Source: Hormiphora californensis | Taxonomy: Eukaryota > Animalia > Ctenophora | Direction of reading: 5' to 3' | NCBI GenBank assembly: GCA_020137815.1 | Contig: CM035355.1 | Coordinates: 4,836,001-4,900,000, forward strand | DNA length: 64,000 nt | Part shown: positions 31,818 through 44,312 of the stretch, in pieces | Layout: every line of letters starts with the position of its first letter | Position numbering within the stretch: position 1 is the stretch's first letter | Notes under the pieces: model-generated | The model's input: the letters and a program-made list of their open reading frames with translations, nothing else | What the model was told of the DNA's origin: nothing | The model's database searches: none | Program-made: the position numbers and the translations under genes

Positions 31818-34800
31818 TAAGGAGAGAGAGAAGAGAGAGAGAGAAGTGAGAAGATCTACGACTCTTACTTCCTCGAGTTCTCGCGCTCTAGTTTGAAGGA
31901 TAACAATTAATAATTAACGAGATATGCCGTTAGTTATGGCAGTAGCCTAAAGGTGTTACCCCCGTGACACCACATGGGCCCGGGCATTCCAAACTAATTT
32001 ATTTAATTGGTTTTTGGACTTAATACAAACTATATTTACCTTTCTTGACACAAGTTTGCTGCTCCAGTGACTACTACAAACTATATTTACCTTTCTTGAC
32101 ACAAGTTTAGCAGTACCAGCATCTCTTGCCAGCTTGCTCTCCCTCAAATAGTACTCAACTAGCGGACAGTGCCCAGACAGATTAAACTTGGTCAGTACGA
32201 AGTCTGGTCCTGGCTCACTGGAGTGCGACTGGGGAGAGAATTGAGTAGTTTCAATTACAAAATAATTCACCTTGTTCTTGAAACCAACCCAGTTCTTATC
32301 TATGGATCTAAAAAACTAGTTAATCTCTGTTATTATTTGGTTATCAAAAAGCCCTAATTTAAAGTGCACCCAATGGTGTTTTTAATACCAGAGATATGAC
32401 GTCACATGTACCTCAATGACGTCACGTGTCTTTGTAGCACCAGTAACGTGTCGTGAAGTGCTGTGTCCTCTTCCCGTCGGAGAATCACTTCCCTTGTTGC
32501 TGACACCACCTGAGGAATCAGGATGTCAGTAAATTCATCGGATAAATCCCACATCAAACTAAGCCATAATATCGGGATAATATCAATAAACTACCTCTTT
32601 GTATTTTCGATCTCTAAACATACCTTTCTTATCGTTGGTAGGTCCCTTGCTCTGATGGCTGGAAGATAGGGAGGTGTGGGAGTGGTCTGGGGGCCGTCTC
32701 GGACTAGGACTGCTCTTCCCCGTTGTGGCGGAGGAGAAGGTGGAGGGGAAGGTCAGAATGTTGTCCATACTTGACTTATCCTTCACTGTAGGGAGGGGAA
32801 GGTTAGAATGTTGTGAGTCTCTGACACCAAACCAAACCATTCATATAACTAGTCGTCACGACAATATCTTCACATAAAATATTTTTTTTCAAATGGTCCC
32901 AGTCTACTAATAATGAAATTATGCCTCTTCACTATAATAACTTACTAAACCTTCAGGGCGCAGTACGGCCAAACCAAACCTACCTTTTTGTTTCTGAGCG
33001 TTAGCATCCTTATCAATACAGTCCTTCCTCATATTGGCGGGTTCCAGAGCACTGTAATCCCAGTTTGCCCAGTGCCGTACCATGGGCCGGGTGCCTGTCA
33101 TCCAGATACTAACTGTCTCTAGTAGATCGTGTCTGAGGGGAGAGGGGAGGTTAGTCATGGTGTTTAGTGCGGGAGAGGAGAGATAGGGGTTAGCTGGCGA
33201 GAATAACCGTAATATCGAGTGTGACCAGATATTTATGATACTCACTCACTTGAATTCAGTATTGTATCGTCTCCAGGAGACAGGGAAGGCATGGCAGTAC
33301 GCTGCGTAGATAGCTTGAGATACAGCGTTAGGGTAGTGAAGCAGTAACTTCTCTCTGTTCGTGTATCTGTGCAGGAAGATTCAGTATTATAATATTATAC
33401 CAAAACTAATTGAAATTAGTAGGCCGGAAAGGTTGCCCTATGATTTGAGATATCTTTGCCACCGTAACATTCACGGGGTACAGACAGGGTATGACAGATG
33501 CTTACTCTATCTTCAAAAGGGAATGTACTGGTGCCAAAGGTAGCTCAAATCATAGGGAAACCTTTCCGGCCTACTAATTTCAATTAGTTTTGGTATAATT
33601 TGCATCATTTTTGGGATTTTTTATCCATTTAGATGTAGTAGAACAGGTACAGAGAGGGTGGAATCGCAAAATTGAGAAAATTTCATTTTTGACGTCATTT
33701 TGACGTCATAAAATGACGTCATGACGTTATGACGTCATAATTATGACGTTATATCATCGGGATTACCTAAATGAAGATACTGACCAAATTTGAGATCGAT
33801 TGGATAAGATTTGAGTCCGCTGTGGCGAAAAAACCCATATCGTCATATCTATTTTTAAACAGTCATAACACTTCAGACGCGTTTTAAGACCCTTATACAT
33901 GCAGTTTTAAAAATTCGCGATAAAGTTTCTGAAAGTTTAGACAATTCTCTTTCCATGATATAGTCTTCGTTTTTCGATTAGAGACCGTCTTAAGGGTGTA
34001 AATTGAGCTGAAAGAAGTTTGGTCAGAGTCTGAAAAATGACGACTTTAAGACGTTCTGTAGGACGTTCCTGGCGATGAAAAGGGACAAAACTTCGACTAA
34101 TGCACACACATCCAGTAGATCTACCAGCTGTGAAAACGAGAAGTTTTCATCTCTTTTCGTTTGGCGTGAATATGGTTTACAAAAAGCGTCTCTTCTACCC
34201 GTGTGTGTGCGCGCGCGTACGCGCGTATACACGTGTTACACTGAAATTTCTGCAAATGGGACCTGTCTGTAACTTCGGTTCCAGATTTGTTATGTTCTAA
34301 CCCTTCTTTACACAACACGAAACACAGTCTAGCTAGGCAATTCCAGATGAGATAGAGACTTGAAATTTTAAACTTGAGTCAAAAACCCCAAGCCGGGTAT
34401 ACATTCCAAATTTCAAGTCAAACGGATGAAAGAGAGCCACGCTATAGCCTTCTGAAATCTGGGTTTTCAGCCTAACACCCATAAAACGTATAACTGCGTT
34501 TCTGGCAGCGCTTTTGGGGGAGGGCGAATGGCAACCTTTGCGCTTGCCAGCGCAGTGACAGGGTAACTGCTAAGATAACTGATGTTTAAATGTTCTAACC
34601 CGGGGCGTGGAGTGAGAAGGTCGAACAAGGCTACTGAGACCAAATCAAATGTCTACTCTGAATTGGATTGACTGTTCCAGCGTTCAAACTAACAATTACA
34701 TTGCCAAACTAACCTGAATGTTCTATTTAGAAGGCTGGTGTAGGTGCGTGCAACACGTGCAAATAGAAGGGAAGTCTTCTCTTTCAGCTCTCTATCATAA

Positions 34801-36142
34801 ACAAAGCTGGGGGACTCCTGGGGTGGTTTCTGGAACTTTTTCAAGAAAAACCACCAGAACAAATCATGTAAGATGTCCTCGTTCTCTTGAGAGTAGAAGA
34901 AGTCTCTCCATTCCCGGATGAGACCTGGCTGAAATAGGCCAATTAGCGGGGGGAACGAATTAGCGGGGGGAACCAATTAGCAGTGAATCAATTAACAGAG
35001 AACCAATTAGCAAGGAACCAATTAGCGGAGAACCAATTATGAGTCAATAACCCGGTAATTACCTTCTCTGTTATCTTGATTGCTCGACTGACAAGTCTGA
35101 GGATGGTGGGAGTTTCCACTTTCTGGGGGAGAGGGCAGGGTTCATCTGAGTACCCAGGATATTCCTCCATCTCAACAAAAATCAACTTCTTCAGTCCGGT
35201 ATCCTGGGAAATTAGCAGAGTTAGTTAAACCGATATCCTGGGAAATTAACCGAGATATTTAAAACTTTCAATGTTCACCACAATTTCCGGTAACTAAGCA
35301 GCTATGATTTCTTCTCCAGGTAATCACAAGATATCTCGGAAAACCAGCCCGGATAAATGTCAGTATTGTACTGTCAGAGCATGATTGGCCTATTCTCATT
35401 TCTTTCAAATAACTGTGAGAACTGTGAGTCAGAGTATTGTCTTATATACCTGCTGCTGTTCCTCAGGTTCAGGTTTGGCAGCAGATTTAGCAGCAGTGAC
35501 ATGTTGATCCATGGTAGCCTCCACGTGCATTGACATGAGCTTCTGGCACACATCCGTCATGTTACCAATCTGGTAGAGCGCTGGGGAGAGGAAGAGGTGT
35601 TAGGGGTCGGGGCTGGGGGAGATAGATGGGGTGTTAGGGAGTGGGAGAGGTACAAAGCTGGGAGAGAGAGAGATAGGGCTGGGGAGAGGGAGAGATGTTA
35701 GGGAGTGGGAGAGGTAGATGGCTGGGTAGGTAGAGAGGGTGTTAGGGAGAGGGCTAGGGGAGAGAGAGGGTCAGGGAGGAACACTAGGGGAGTGTAAAAA
35801 GGTAGCCCTTGAAATTAGAGTAATTTTGTTTGACGGAAAACAAACATCACACTATCCCAGACGATGACTGAATCCATATAATGATCACTAACTATCACGG
35901 CATATCATTACCCCCACTCTTTTCCGGGGTGTCTTATAGGAAGTAGTCCTCTACCAGCCACCTAAATAAATCAAATCCAACTCACGCTGTGCCTGTGCTG
36001 CTTTCCTCTCCTCAGCTTCCTCTCTCTGGATCTTTGCCAATATCACCGCTTCTTGGTCATCGTTCACCCACAGTGGGGCAACATGTCTCTCAACCAGGTT
36101 CCATACCGAGGGTTTTACAACCGCTTTGGTCGATGCATCCAT
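29156..36142 (-). CDS. FAM227B: FAM227-family (FWWh domain) protein, multi-exon
   Basis: Exons encode DLFWWFFLKKFQ...LFARVARTYTSLL, YPNAVSQAIYAAYCHAFP, IWMTGTRP..RHW and FNLSGHCPLVEYYL. The last exon ends TDDKA* at 29156. The start ATG at 36142 is a best guess, and A versus B paralogue assignment is not resolvable. Confidence 0.78.
30350..30929. repeat. ~164-bp tandem repeat, about 4 units alternating two variants, in a FAM227 intron
   Basis: GATTTATGGGGGGTC recurs near 30370, 30535, 30699 and 30861, alternately followed by TTACTCGGGACAAAAATCTC and GTCCCCCGGACAAAAAGTCG. Confidence 0.85.
30930..31450. mobile_element. Poly-G/poly-C-ended TIR element inserted in the tandem repeat
   Basis: G11-CCTGCCGCAAGAATCTCA ... 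TGAGATTTTTGCGGCAGG-Cn, with direct repeat CATATTT at 30923-30929 and 31451-31457. Confidence 0.82.
31535..32023. mobile_element. TTAA-flanked TIR element (Kolobok-like) enclosing a GA microsatellite
   Basis: TTAA-GTCCAAAAACCAATTAAATAAATTAGTTTGGAATGCCCGGGCCC...GGCTAC, about 80 bp, is repeated in inverted form ending GGAC-TTAA at 32023. Confidence 0.8.
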
Positions 36143-36471
36143 ATCTCTTACACTGCCATTACACTTTCTAGAATCTGATTTGTTTGTGTTAGAGCTGGAT
36201 ATCGAGCTGGTGATTACATTTCTGAGTTTATTGACCTTGTTTTGTATCAAAAAATATTGTCAGTCTGTTTTTCTACAGATCACTATTTTTGCAAATTATT
36301 CAGAACATGAACATTTTATATCGTGATCATGATCTGTCTGTTTTTACTGCATCTGTCACTCTAATTAGGGCACTAATCGAGTAGTACTGAGAGAAAAATA
36401 GAAATACAGCTATGGTAGAAAAAAGGCCATGACGAGATAACAGACAATTACGTGTGTTAATTTCTTCAATA

Positions 36472-39400
36472 ATGTTGCTAGCGTTTTATTTGGTTGGTTG
36501 TCTTCTACTACCCACCTACCATGGAACCTCAATAGGGAAGGACAAGAACCTTTTTCCGGTTGTTAACCGTCAAATACATCTTGGTAGGTAACTTGAACTT
36601 CCCTCTTACAAAGCGCCCCTCTTCGTTTAAAGAGGGTCAGAACATGATCGTTTTTTAGATTTATTTCACCCCTAACGGTTGTCGTAACATGATAAAGTAT
36701 TGTTATAGGCTCAGGGAGACAGGCATCATCGTTAATCAACATCAAACCTGTCCGGACTCCACAAAGTTACTATAGCTCAAACACTATCGGCCTAAAGGCC
36801 TTTGATGGACAGATCGAGACGAGGGCTTTTGTTTTCCTTGGGAAGCAGATCTCACCCGATCATAGTGAGCAGAAAATATGGATGAGGTTGGAATTTGATA
36901 AGATCTACCACATAGAAGAGGTGAGGAAATAAATAATAGAGGTGAAGCAACAAAATTTAATTAGCTAGTTTAAAAATAAACTCTTTATTTTAGTTTCACA
37001 ACGAATTTGTTTCAAAACATAAATTTAATCCTCACTACTCTCCCCCAGTTTACCCTATTTTCCTACTTCTACTATGGCTGGTTTGACCAGACTTGGGGCT
37101 GTGTTCGAAGTCTGGAGGAGTATCGACAATGCAAGGGGAACATGACAGATGTCTACATAGATGTTTACCGAGGCAATCAGTTTGTGAGGAACTGTGGGGT
37201 GCTGGAGATGAGGGATAGCCCAAATTATAGAGACCAGATTTACAAGTAGGGAAATAGTTTCAGAGTCTTTCTCCTTGGATATTGACTTGATATCAAGCTT
37301 AGTTTGGATTTGCCTAGCTCGACCCCTTTTTTGCGAGCTCCTTTTACAAATGTAAAGGAGGGTTAGAACATAACAATTTTGATCAAACTGTGCATACAAA
37401 TATTCATGTATTTTGTTTTACCCTAGTTTGAAGTGTGATGCGTTTGGGGATACGATCCTGATCCGCAAACCTCACGCTACTATGTTTCTGGTGTTTCCCG
37501 AGATCCGTATTTCCTCCAACCCAGACGTGCAACCCCCCGCACGATTCACAACTGATCCACCTAAACCAGTAACTACGGAGGAGAAGCGGATAACATACCC
37601 AGACAGCTTGACATTGTGGCCAATAAGTAAGGTTTTAGGAAACCGGTATTTCTGAAAGATCGCATGTTTTCTAAAGCACTAAAACATCCAGGATTAGCAG
37701 AGTGTTGGAGAGCGATAACTAGCACATTTGGATGTGAAGCATTGAGTGAATAAGTTGTATCCTTTACATGCCGACAGACAGACAAACAAACAAATGTCCA
37801 CTGTTTTGTTCGTTGTGTGGGGGTTTGCATGATATTGTTTTATCTACACAGCTTCATCCAACTCACATGAAACCACCAATCAGAGGAGAAGGAACCGGTT
37901 CAAATATCCCTGAAACGTGAGGGTAGCTACACACAAGATGGGGTAACGAGAACCGCCATCTTAGTTGACGGATCGGATAAAGACAGCCTCAAGTTGTATG
38001 AAACGGGAATGGACATTCTTGTTCACTTAGTTGAACCTGCCCGTCTCACACAGGTGAGGGAGCTTGAGTAATACTGTCGGACAGCTTACCCTTCTCCCTC
38101 TATGGGACAGTGACTTCCCCTACAGGGACACGTGTGAGCCCACACCCCAATAAGGCTGCTGCAGTTGGTTCAGGAGTACTTGACAAAACATTTTAGGTTC
38201 GGATATGGGCAGATTCAACGCTTCGGTCTATGGCGAGTGGTGCAATGGTTTACGTTGTTACTGAGGCTGGGGATAGGAGGTATTGTGGTCAGACCTATGA
38301 GACACAAACTTATGAGGCACAAGCTTATGACGATAACCGATATTTTTATTACTCCGTACAGTGTTATGTAAGTATGAATAATAAAATCATCACATTTCCT
38401 TTTGAGTGAGTAGTTTCAATAAAATATGCAGATAATATAAGCTGTTTACTAATTCTACTAACTGACACCTTCATCAGAGCTCCAACGTTATCGCTACTTC
38501 AATTTACGTTGAAATACCAGAGTGGACCAGAAATTACGAGGTTGGAAAGCCTTTAGGATTTATTGTTGATTTCTCCGCTTATGGCCACAGTACGTATATC
38601 AAACCACAATTAACTACCTATCCATCAAGGTGGCGATAAGAGCCTCAAACACGTTCCCCCTCCCTTTAGTTGCCTATCCATCAAGGTGGCGATAAGAGCC
38701 TCAAACACGTTCCCCTCCCTTTAGTTGCCTCTACGGGAGAGTTTGTAACAGACGAGGGTCCTGTGTACACAGTTGGAATTGAGCCAACAAAGGCCCCGTT
38801 CGAGGACAAGGACATTATTGACAATGTGGAACCGGAACTTGTGGAGAAGGATGGAGTGGAACAGTGGGACAACAAACTGCCTGAAGACGTTTCCTACATT
38901 CCTTACAATATCATTGAGGATATTGGGAACAGCGCTAACCCGATGAAATCTCCCTTGGGATACCTTTCATTTGCAGGTATGTAACTCAAATTCTTTACCC
39001 TTCATTAATTTTACATTTGTTCATTCATTTAATCATTTAATTAAACGAATCAAATGCATTTTTGTTCACTCATTCTTCGTAAAACAAAATCTCTCCCTAT
39101 TTCCTGTCCAGGTTATATTGACTATGTACTCGACACTGAGAAAGCTGAAACCTCAACAGAAAGAAACAGTCAGTACAAATCACGTACCAAGGTGACCCAG
39201 AAGACGATCGATACTGCTACCAACTCATTCCTTCAATTTAATGGTTATGTTGAAAACGGTAAGGCAAAGCAATTTGCAAAATTGTGTCTTTAATTCATTT
39301 CTCTATCTTTCCATGCAGCCTAAATTACTTCAGTATAAACATAAATTGAATATGTGAAGCATTGAAGAAAGCAAATCGCTCTCGACAATTCACAATGTAT

Positions 39401-42400
39401 TTCAGGGCCTGTAACTAGTGATATGGTGGAAGAGATGAAAAAGCCGAGATGTGGCAACAGTGACAGAGTCTACACGAGTAGCCCTGACACTTGCACATTT
39501 CTGGGTAGCTCTGCTGAAGTAGAATCGGAGGTTGAACCTGATAGGAGATGGAAGAAACTTGTCCTGCCAACTGGTTAGATTCTGAACACAATGTTTAACG
39601 GTACTTCCAACATTATCATGTTTACTAAAAATATCTTTATCTCAGCTGGAGGTTCAATGTTTTTCAATGTCGAAGCGACAAGTTACTACCTGGAGGTTGA
39701 CATGAAGTTCCCTGAGTTAAGGCGAGGTCGGAGCAAGGTAGCTTGGATTGGGTTCAACTACGACAGTAAGGATCATACTGAGGGAATTGTATACCGATTT
39801 GAAGGAGGGAAACTGTGCGCTTACTACTCATTCTTTGACAATGATTCAGGTACTGAAACCGGGGTTATAAGCAATAGAGGGCCCCAAGAAATATCATATT
39901 TCCTTGAACTAGGTCTGAAGGAGTTGTATGAAGCAGTTTCAACAGTTCGTTCCATTCCAGGTACTCTGTTCACGGTGGCCCGCTCCATGGAGCAGAGAGA
40001 GGAATCTTGTTACACCCCCACAACCACGGAGCTGACTCTGATGGAGTTTAAACTCCGGATCGATGTGACGACTGAGCGGTCCGGAGTTCCGGCACGAGTT
40101 TCTACTACTGTGAAGGGAAAGAAACTGATTGAACAAGTGTTTGGATCAGTCATCACCTCCCAGGTAATAGTGTCTAACTGTAATTCGCCCAGTACGCAGC
40201 ATTCAGCAAACGGGAACTGTCAGTAATCAGTAACTACTCAAACAGTAAATACCAGTTATTCACTGAGTATCACGGTTTTTATAACTCCCAACCCTAGGTG
40301 TTGGTCAGAACAAGAAGTGACGTCTCCATCAGTCTAGCCCGGTTATGTAAGAAAACTGGAGAGGTCGAGGAAGAGAAGGATGTTAGACGGAAGAGAAGGA
40401 GGAGATACGCACTCTCACAACACAAATGGCAGACTCCAAACAATGATTTAACTTTCAACTTCCAGAACTACAGGTAAAATAGGACTTTTTAGACTCTCAA
40501 ACGGTCAACCAAAGTACAAACGAAAGACCTAATCTAGCCCTCTCTTCTACCTAGTTCCAACCTGGGCCAGGATTCAACAAGACAGGGGGTACTAAGGGCT
40601 GTTGAAATGTACAGCAAACAATCGGGGCTAACATTCCGGGAAGTGGAACGAACCAAGGCAGCACAACTTGTGTTCATGTTTATCAAGGGGGCGCACGCTG
40701 ATGGGACGAACTTCCACGGAGCAGGTGAGTCAAGAAACTATAGTTCCCTTTTTTAGAAAAGCTCAGAATTTAATGCCTTTCACTGGTGGCCAACTTATGC
40801 TTACTGCTTACTGCTCAATGCTCATGGTGTTGTTACTCCTGTATTGTATTGGCAGTAGTTCGACTCGAGTATTTGATCAAGACGACTGAACTATAACAAT
40901 CCCCCGCACACAGGTATGGAGAAGGGCCACGCATTTTCCCCCGTTCACAGTGAGATCCACTTCAATGATCACGAGAAGTTTTCCCTGAAAGACAGTGACA
41001 GGAGAGCAGTCAGCATCTTCTACGTTGCAGCACATGAGCTTGGTAGGTGACTTAAAACAAGAATACTTGCACTTTGTTTTCAATAAAAACTTTTCATAGT
41101 GCTTTGTTTCCCTGCTTCACAGTGCTGCTTGTAGTCGTATTACCGTAATGGAAATACAGTAATGAGACACACACGTTGCATAACGTGCGGCAAAAAGTGC
41201 ATGTGTTCAGCACGTACTAGCGCCCTGATTGGCCACGGTTGCGCGTCGTCTTACTGTATCTCCGTTTTCCATTACCGTTTTCCCACTACAAGCGACCGTG
41301 TAAGACTCAGAATCAGAAAATTCGCGATTCAAAATACCTCCATATTGAAACACAATTATTTAGGACATGCTTTGGGTATTCAACACAGTGCAAATCGTGA
41401 TGCTTTGATGTACGCTGCCTACCCAGATAATGCTTTCACTCGCTCTTCATTGGACCAGGATGATGTGGATGCTATCAAGGCAAAATATACTGGTAACAAA
41501 CATTGTAGATTGTAACACACATTGTAGATTGTAACACACATTGTACTGGTAACAAACATTGTAGATTGATTTGAGCCCCTAAAACACAATCAACCGTGTT
41601 ATTTGTAGATCTACATTTTGTATAGGGCCGGGTGCTGTGTAGCATTATTTAACAGCCCAATACTACTGCAGGGTCAGGTAGTGGAATAGTGGAGAAGTTA
41701 ACCAACCCTGGGAGCGCTGGTTCTGGTGATTACACACCCAAGTTACCCCTACCCCGGGAGTGTCACAGATCGATTGATGCTGCTTTAAACATTAACGGTA
41801 AACACCTCTGCTAAACTACACACTTGCAACCATAAATTCTATGAAGAGATCTACTGGCGAAGGTGCTTGACAGTGTTACCTGGAGCTTGAACTTCTCGAT
41901 TCGATATCGAGAAACTATTGAGAATCTCGAAACTAAACATCTTTCGACATGAAAAAACTCTATCCCAGATGTGTATTGGATGGTATCTGGATTGTTTGTT
42001 TGGAAATACAGTGCTCCTGAAAATAAACCCACTCTCCTGGACGGATACCCAAAACGAGCTTCCGATATTTTCCCGGGCATCATCGGTTCTATAAATGCGA
42101 TCTTCTCTGTATCAGACACCGTGTTTGTACTACACAGTAACGATAAATTATCAACATACACCATCACTGACACATCTATATTCCGGAAGTCAAAGATAAA
42201 CCAGAACAGAAAGGAATTCCTTACCGCGGGTGGGGTCTCTGTTACTAAGGGTATCAAGTCAGCCTTCAGCCACGGTTCTTCGATAATCCTGGTCGCCCAA
42301 GACAACGGATTTTACACGGTAACAACTTTGTTTGCTCCCCCGTTGAATAATTACTGAAATTTCTTCTTTCTAGGTCAACTGGAGTGGTACGACACCAACT

Positions 42401-42768
42401 TCGATAAAGTATGACGGCAATGGCAGCAAGATATTTGGTCGCTCCCTCGCTAACAATGACCTCAATGCAGCGTTCAGTTACACCAGGATATTCAAGAAGA
42501 AGGGAATTCAACGCCAGGAAGTTCTTAACTTCCAAACAACAGTGAGTTGGTCAACCTGAATAAGCTATTCACCACAAAGCGTGATTGGTACTACATAATA
42601 TTTTGTTGATGATATTAGGCGTCAATGTTTCCATTTTGAAACCCTCAATAATTTCAGTACGTTAGGAGCGAGCAGCCTTTGCCGGATGGGCAATCCGCCA
42701 GTAAGGGTTATGCAGAGATTTCAGCACATTTTCAAATCAGTGGCTGGTGTGTTCCAAACAGTGCATAA
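36472..42768 (+). CDS. Secreted matrix metalloproteinase (M10A) with N-terminal discoidin-like domains, an extended prodomain and a hemopexin-like C-terminus; 19 exons
   Basis: Phase-consistent exons 36472-36583, 36709-36920, 37049-37245, 37427-37626, 37884-38053, 38197-38367, 38478-38589, 38725-38976, 39112-39258, 39406-39573, 39646-40163, 40298-40473, 40555-40724, 40914-41042, 41364-41492, 41672-41797, 41969-42318, 42374-42541, 42658-42768. They give a signal peptide MLLAFYLVGCLLL, cysteine switch PRCGNSD, furin site RRKRRRR/YAL, zinc motif HELGHALGIQHS, Met-turn ALMY, and hemopexin-like C..SIDAA, GYPK..SDIFPG and terminal Cys. Confidence 0.85.
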
Positions 42769-43703
42769 TATAATGCAAGTGTCTCATATAAGACGTGTAG
42801 TGTATGGCCGATGGAGAGAGTCCGACGATGGCGTTGGATCTTTTACTATTGAACAATCGTAACCATTTACATGGAATTGAAGTATGTTTTTCAAACTATT
42901 CGAGTATCGAATATATATGCACGAGTTTTTGTCCGATGACTTAATTATTATTGACAGGCCGGCCGCCGGTTCATTATTTTTCGTATTGACTGGTTGCACC
43001 AATCAATATTCAAGTTAATCTTCTTTGGTCTACACTCTACTTTGGTTTCTACTTCACAGATCTTCCCGAGTCCCTGGCTGGTGACGCTCAAGTATTATAA
43101 AATATATATTTTTAGCTCGAATCTCGATCAGATTATATTACGAACTCACTTTTTTACGTGTGATTAGCCGCTGGTCACACATAAAAAGTGAGTTCGTAAT
43201 ATGTTTGAGATTTATTTTATAGCACTTGAGCGTCAAATTTTTGGGCACCTTTTAGTGAACTTTTAACTGCACTTTGCAACAAACCCAGTATGAAGTATCG
43301 TCCATAAAAATCGTTATCGCGGTGTCAGGTATGTCTCCTGCTACGGGTTGGTTTGGTTGGTTTTGCAGTACCTACCTTGCACTGCAAATCACTTTCGTGA
43401 TGCCTGCTACGGGTTGTTGTTCAATGTCCTTTCATGCTGTTATGAGTCTCTTGAAAGTTCTTGCCTAGCTAGACTGTATTTCGCGCGCCCCGCCCGCGAA
43501 ACACAGTCTAGTTTATTTGTATACCGACCTATTCCGTGTACTGCATTGTGGGAACTCACGTGCGCGTGATGAGTGCTGAAAATAGTAAATTGCGCCCTCC
43601 CTCGCACTCTAAGGACTGTCTCTCACTTTAAGTGAGAGTGATAGCTGATCAGTGATCACGTACACGAGCTGATCACGTGACCAAGAGTGTGCAAAAACAC
43701 ATA

Positions 43704-43740
43704 ACCCTCCTTTACAAATGTAAAGGAGGGTTAGAACATA
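43704..43740. repeat. Dispersed hairpin-terminated repeat family (possible rolling-circle element end)
   Basis: ACCCTCCTTTACA-AA-TGTAAAGGAGGGT hairpin followed by TAGAACAT. Related copies lie near 2216, 37339 and 59297, and reversed near 34293; several have a GCCTAGCT motif nearby. Confidence 0.7.
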
Positions 43741-44312
43741 ACAAGAAAGTTCCTGCACGCGGCACGCCTTTAAACTTTTTTACGGGTTACCGGTTCCTAT
43801 TGCGTTGTCTAAAGTGCGTTTCAAACGACTTGACCTGAGATTCCTGGAAATTCAGGATTTCCCCTTTGTAAATACACGCACAATGCGCCAAATTCCAAGA
43901 ATTACGGGTCAAGTCGCTTGAAACGGACTTTAGTAAAAGTTTGGCAAATGCTACATATCCTATTGGGATAAGACAGCGCTTTTCAAGGTAAAATTCAAAG
44001 AATCACGAAACATTAAACAAAAAAGTAAAAATCGCAGTAAAAAAGTGAGAAAACCGCCATCTTGAAAATCGCGATCCAGAATCGTTCGGATCGCGTTGCA
44101 GGGTGGCGCGCGAGGAGCGTGCAGCGTATTAATATTTAAAAACGCGCACGATTTTTGGGATGGTGGCAATGCAAATGTTTTTTTCCCGATTTTGAACGAA
44201 CTGGCTGTTGTGTTTTGGTGGGTCTCAACCGTTTTGGCTATTTCAAAGTTTATCAAACTTTTCAACACTACTTTAAACAAATTAATTTGAGGTGCGGCAT
44301 CCTCCACCTCAA

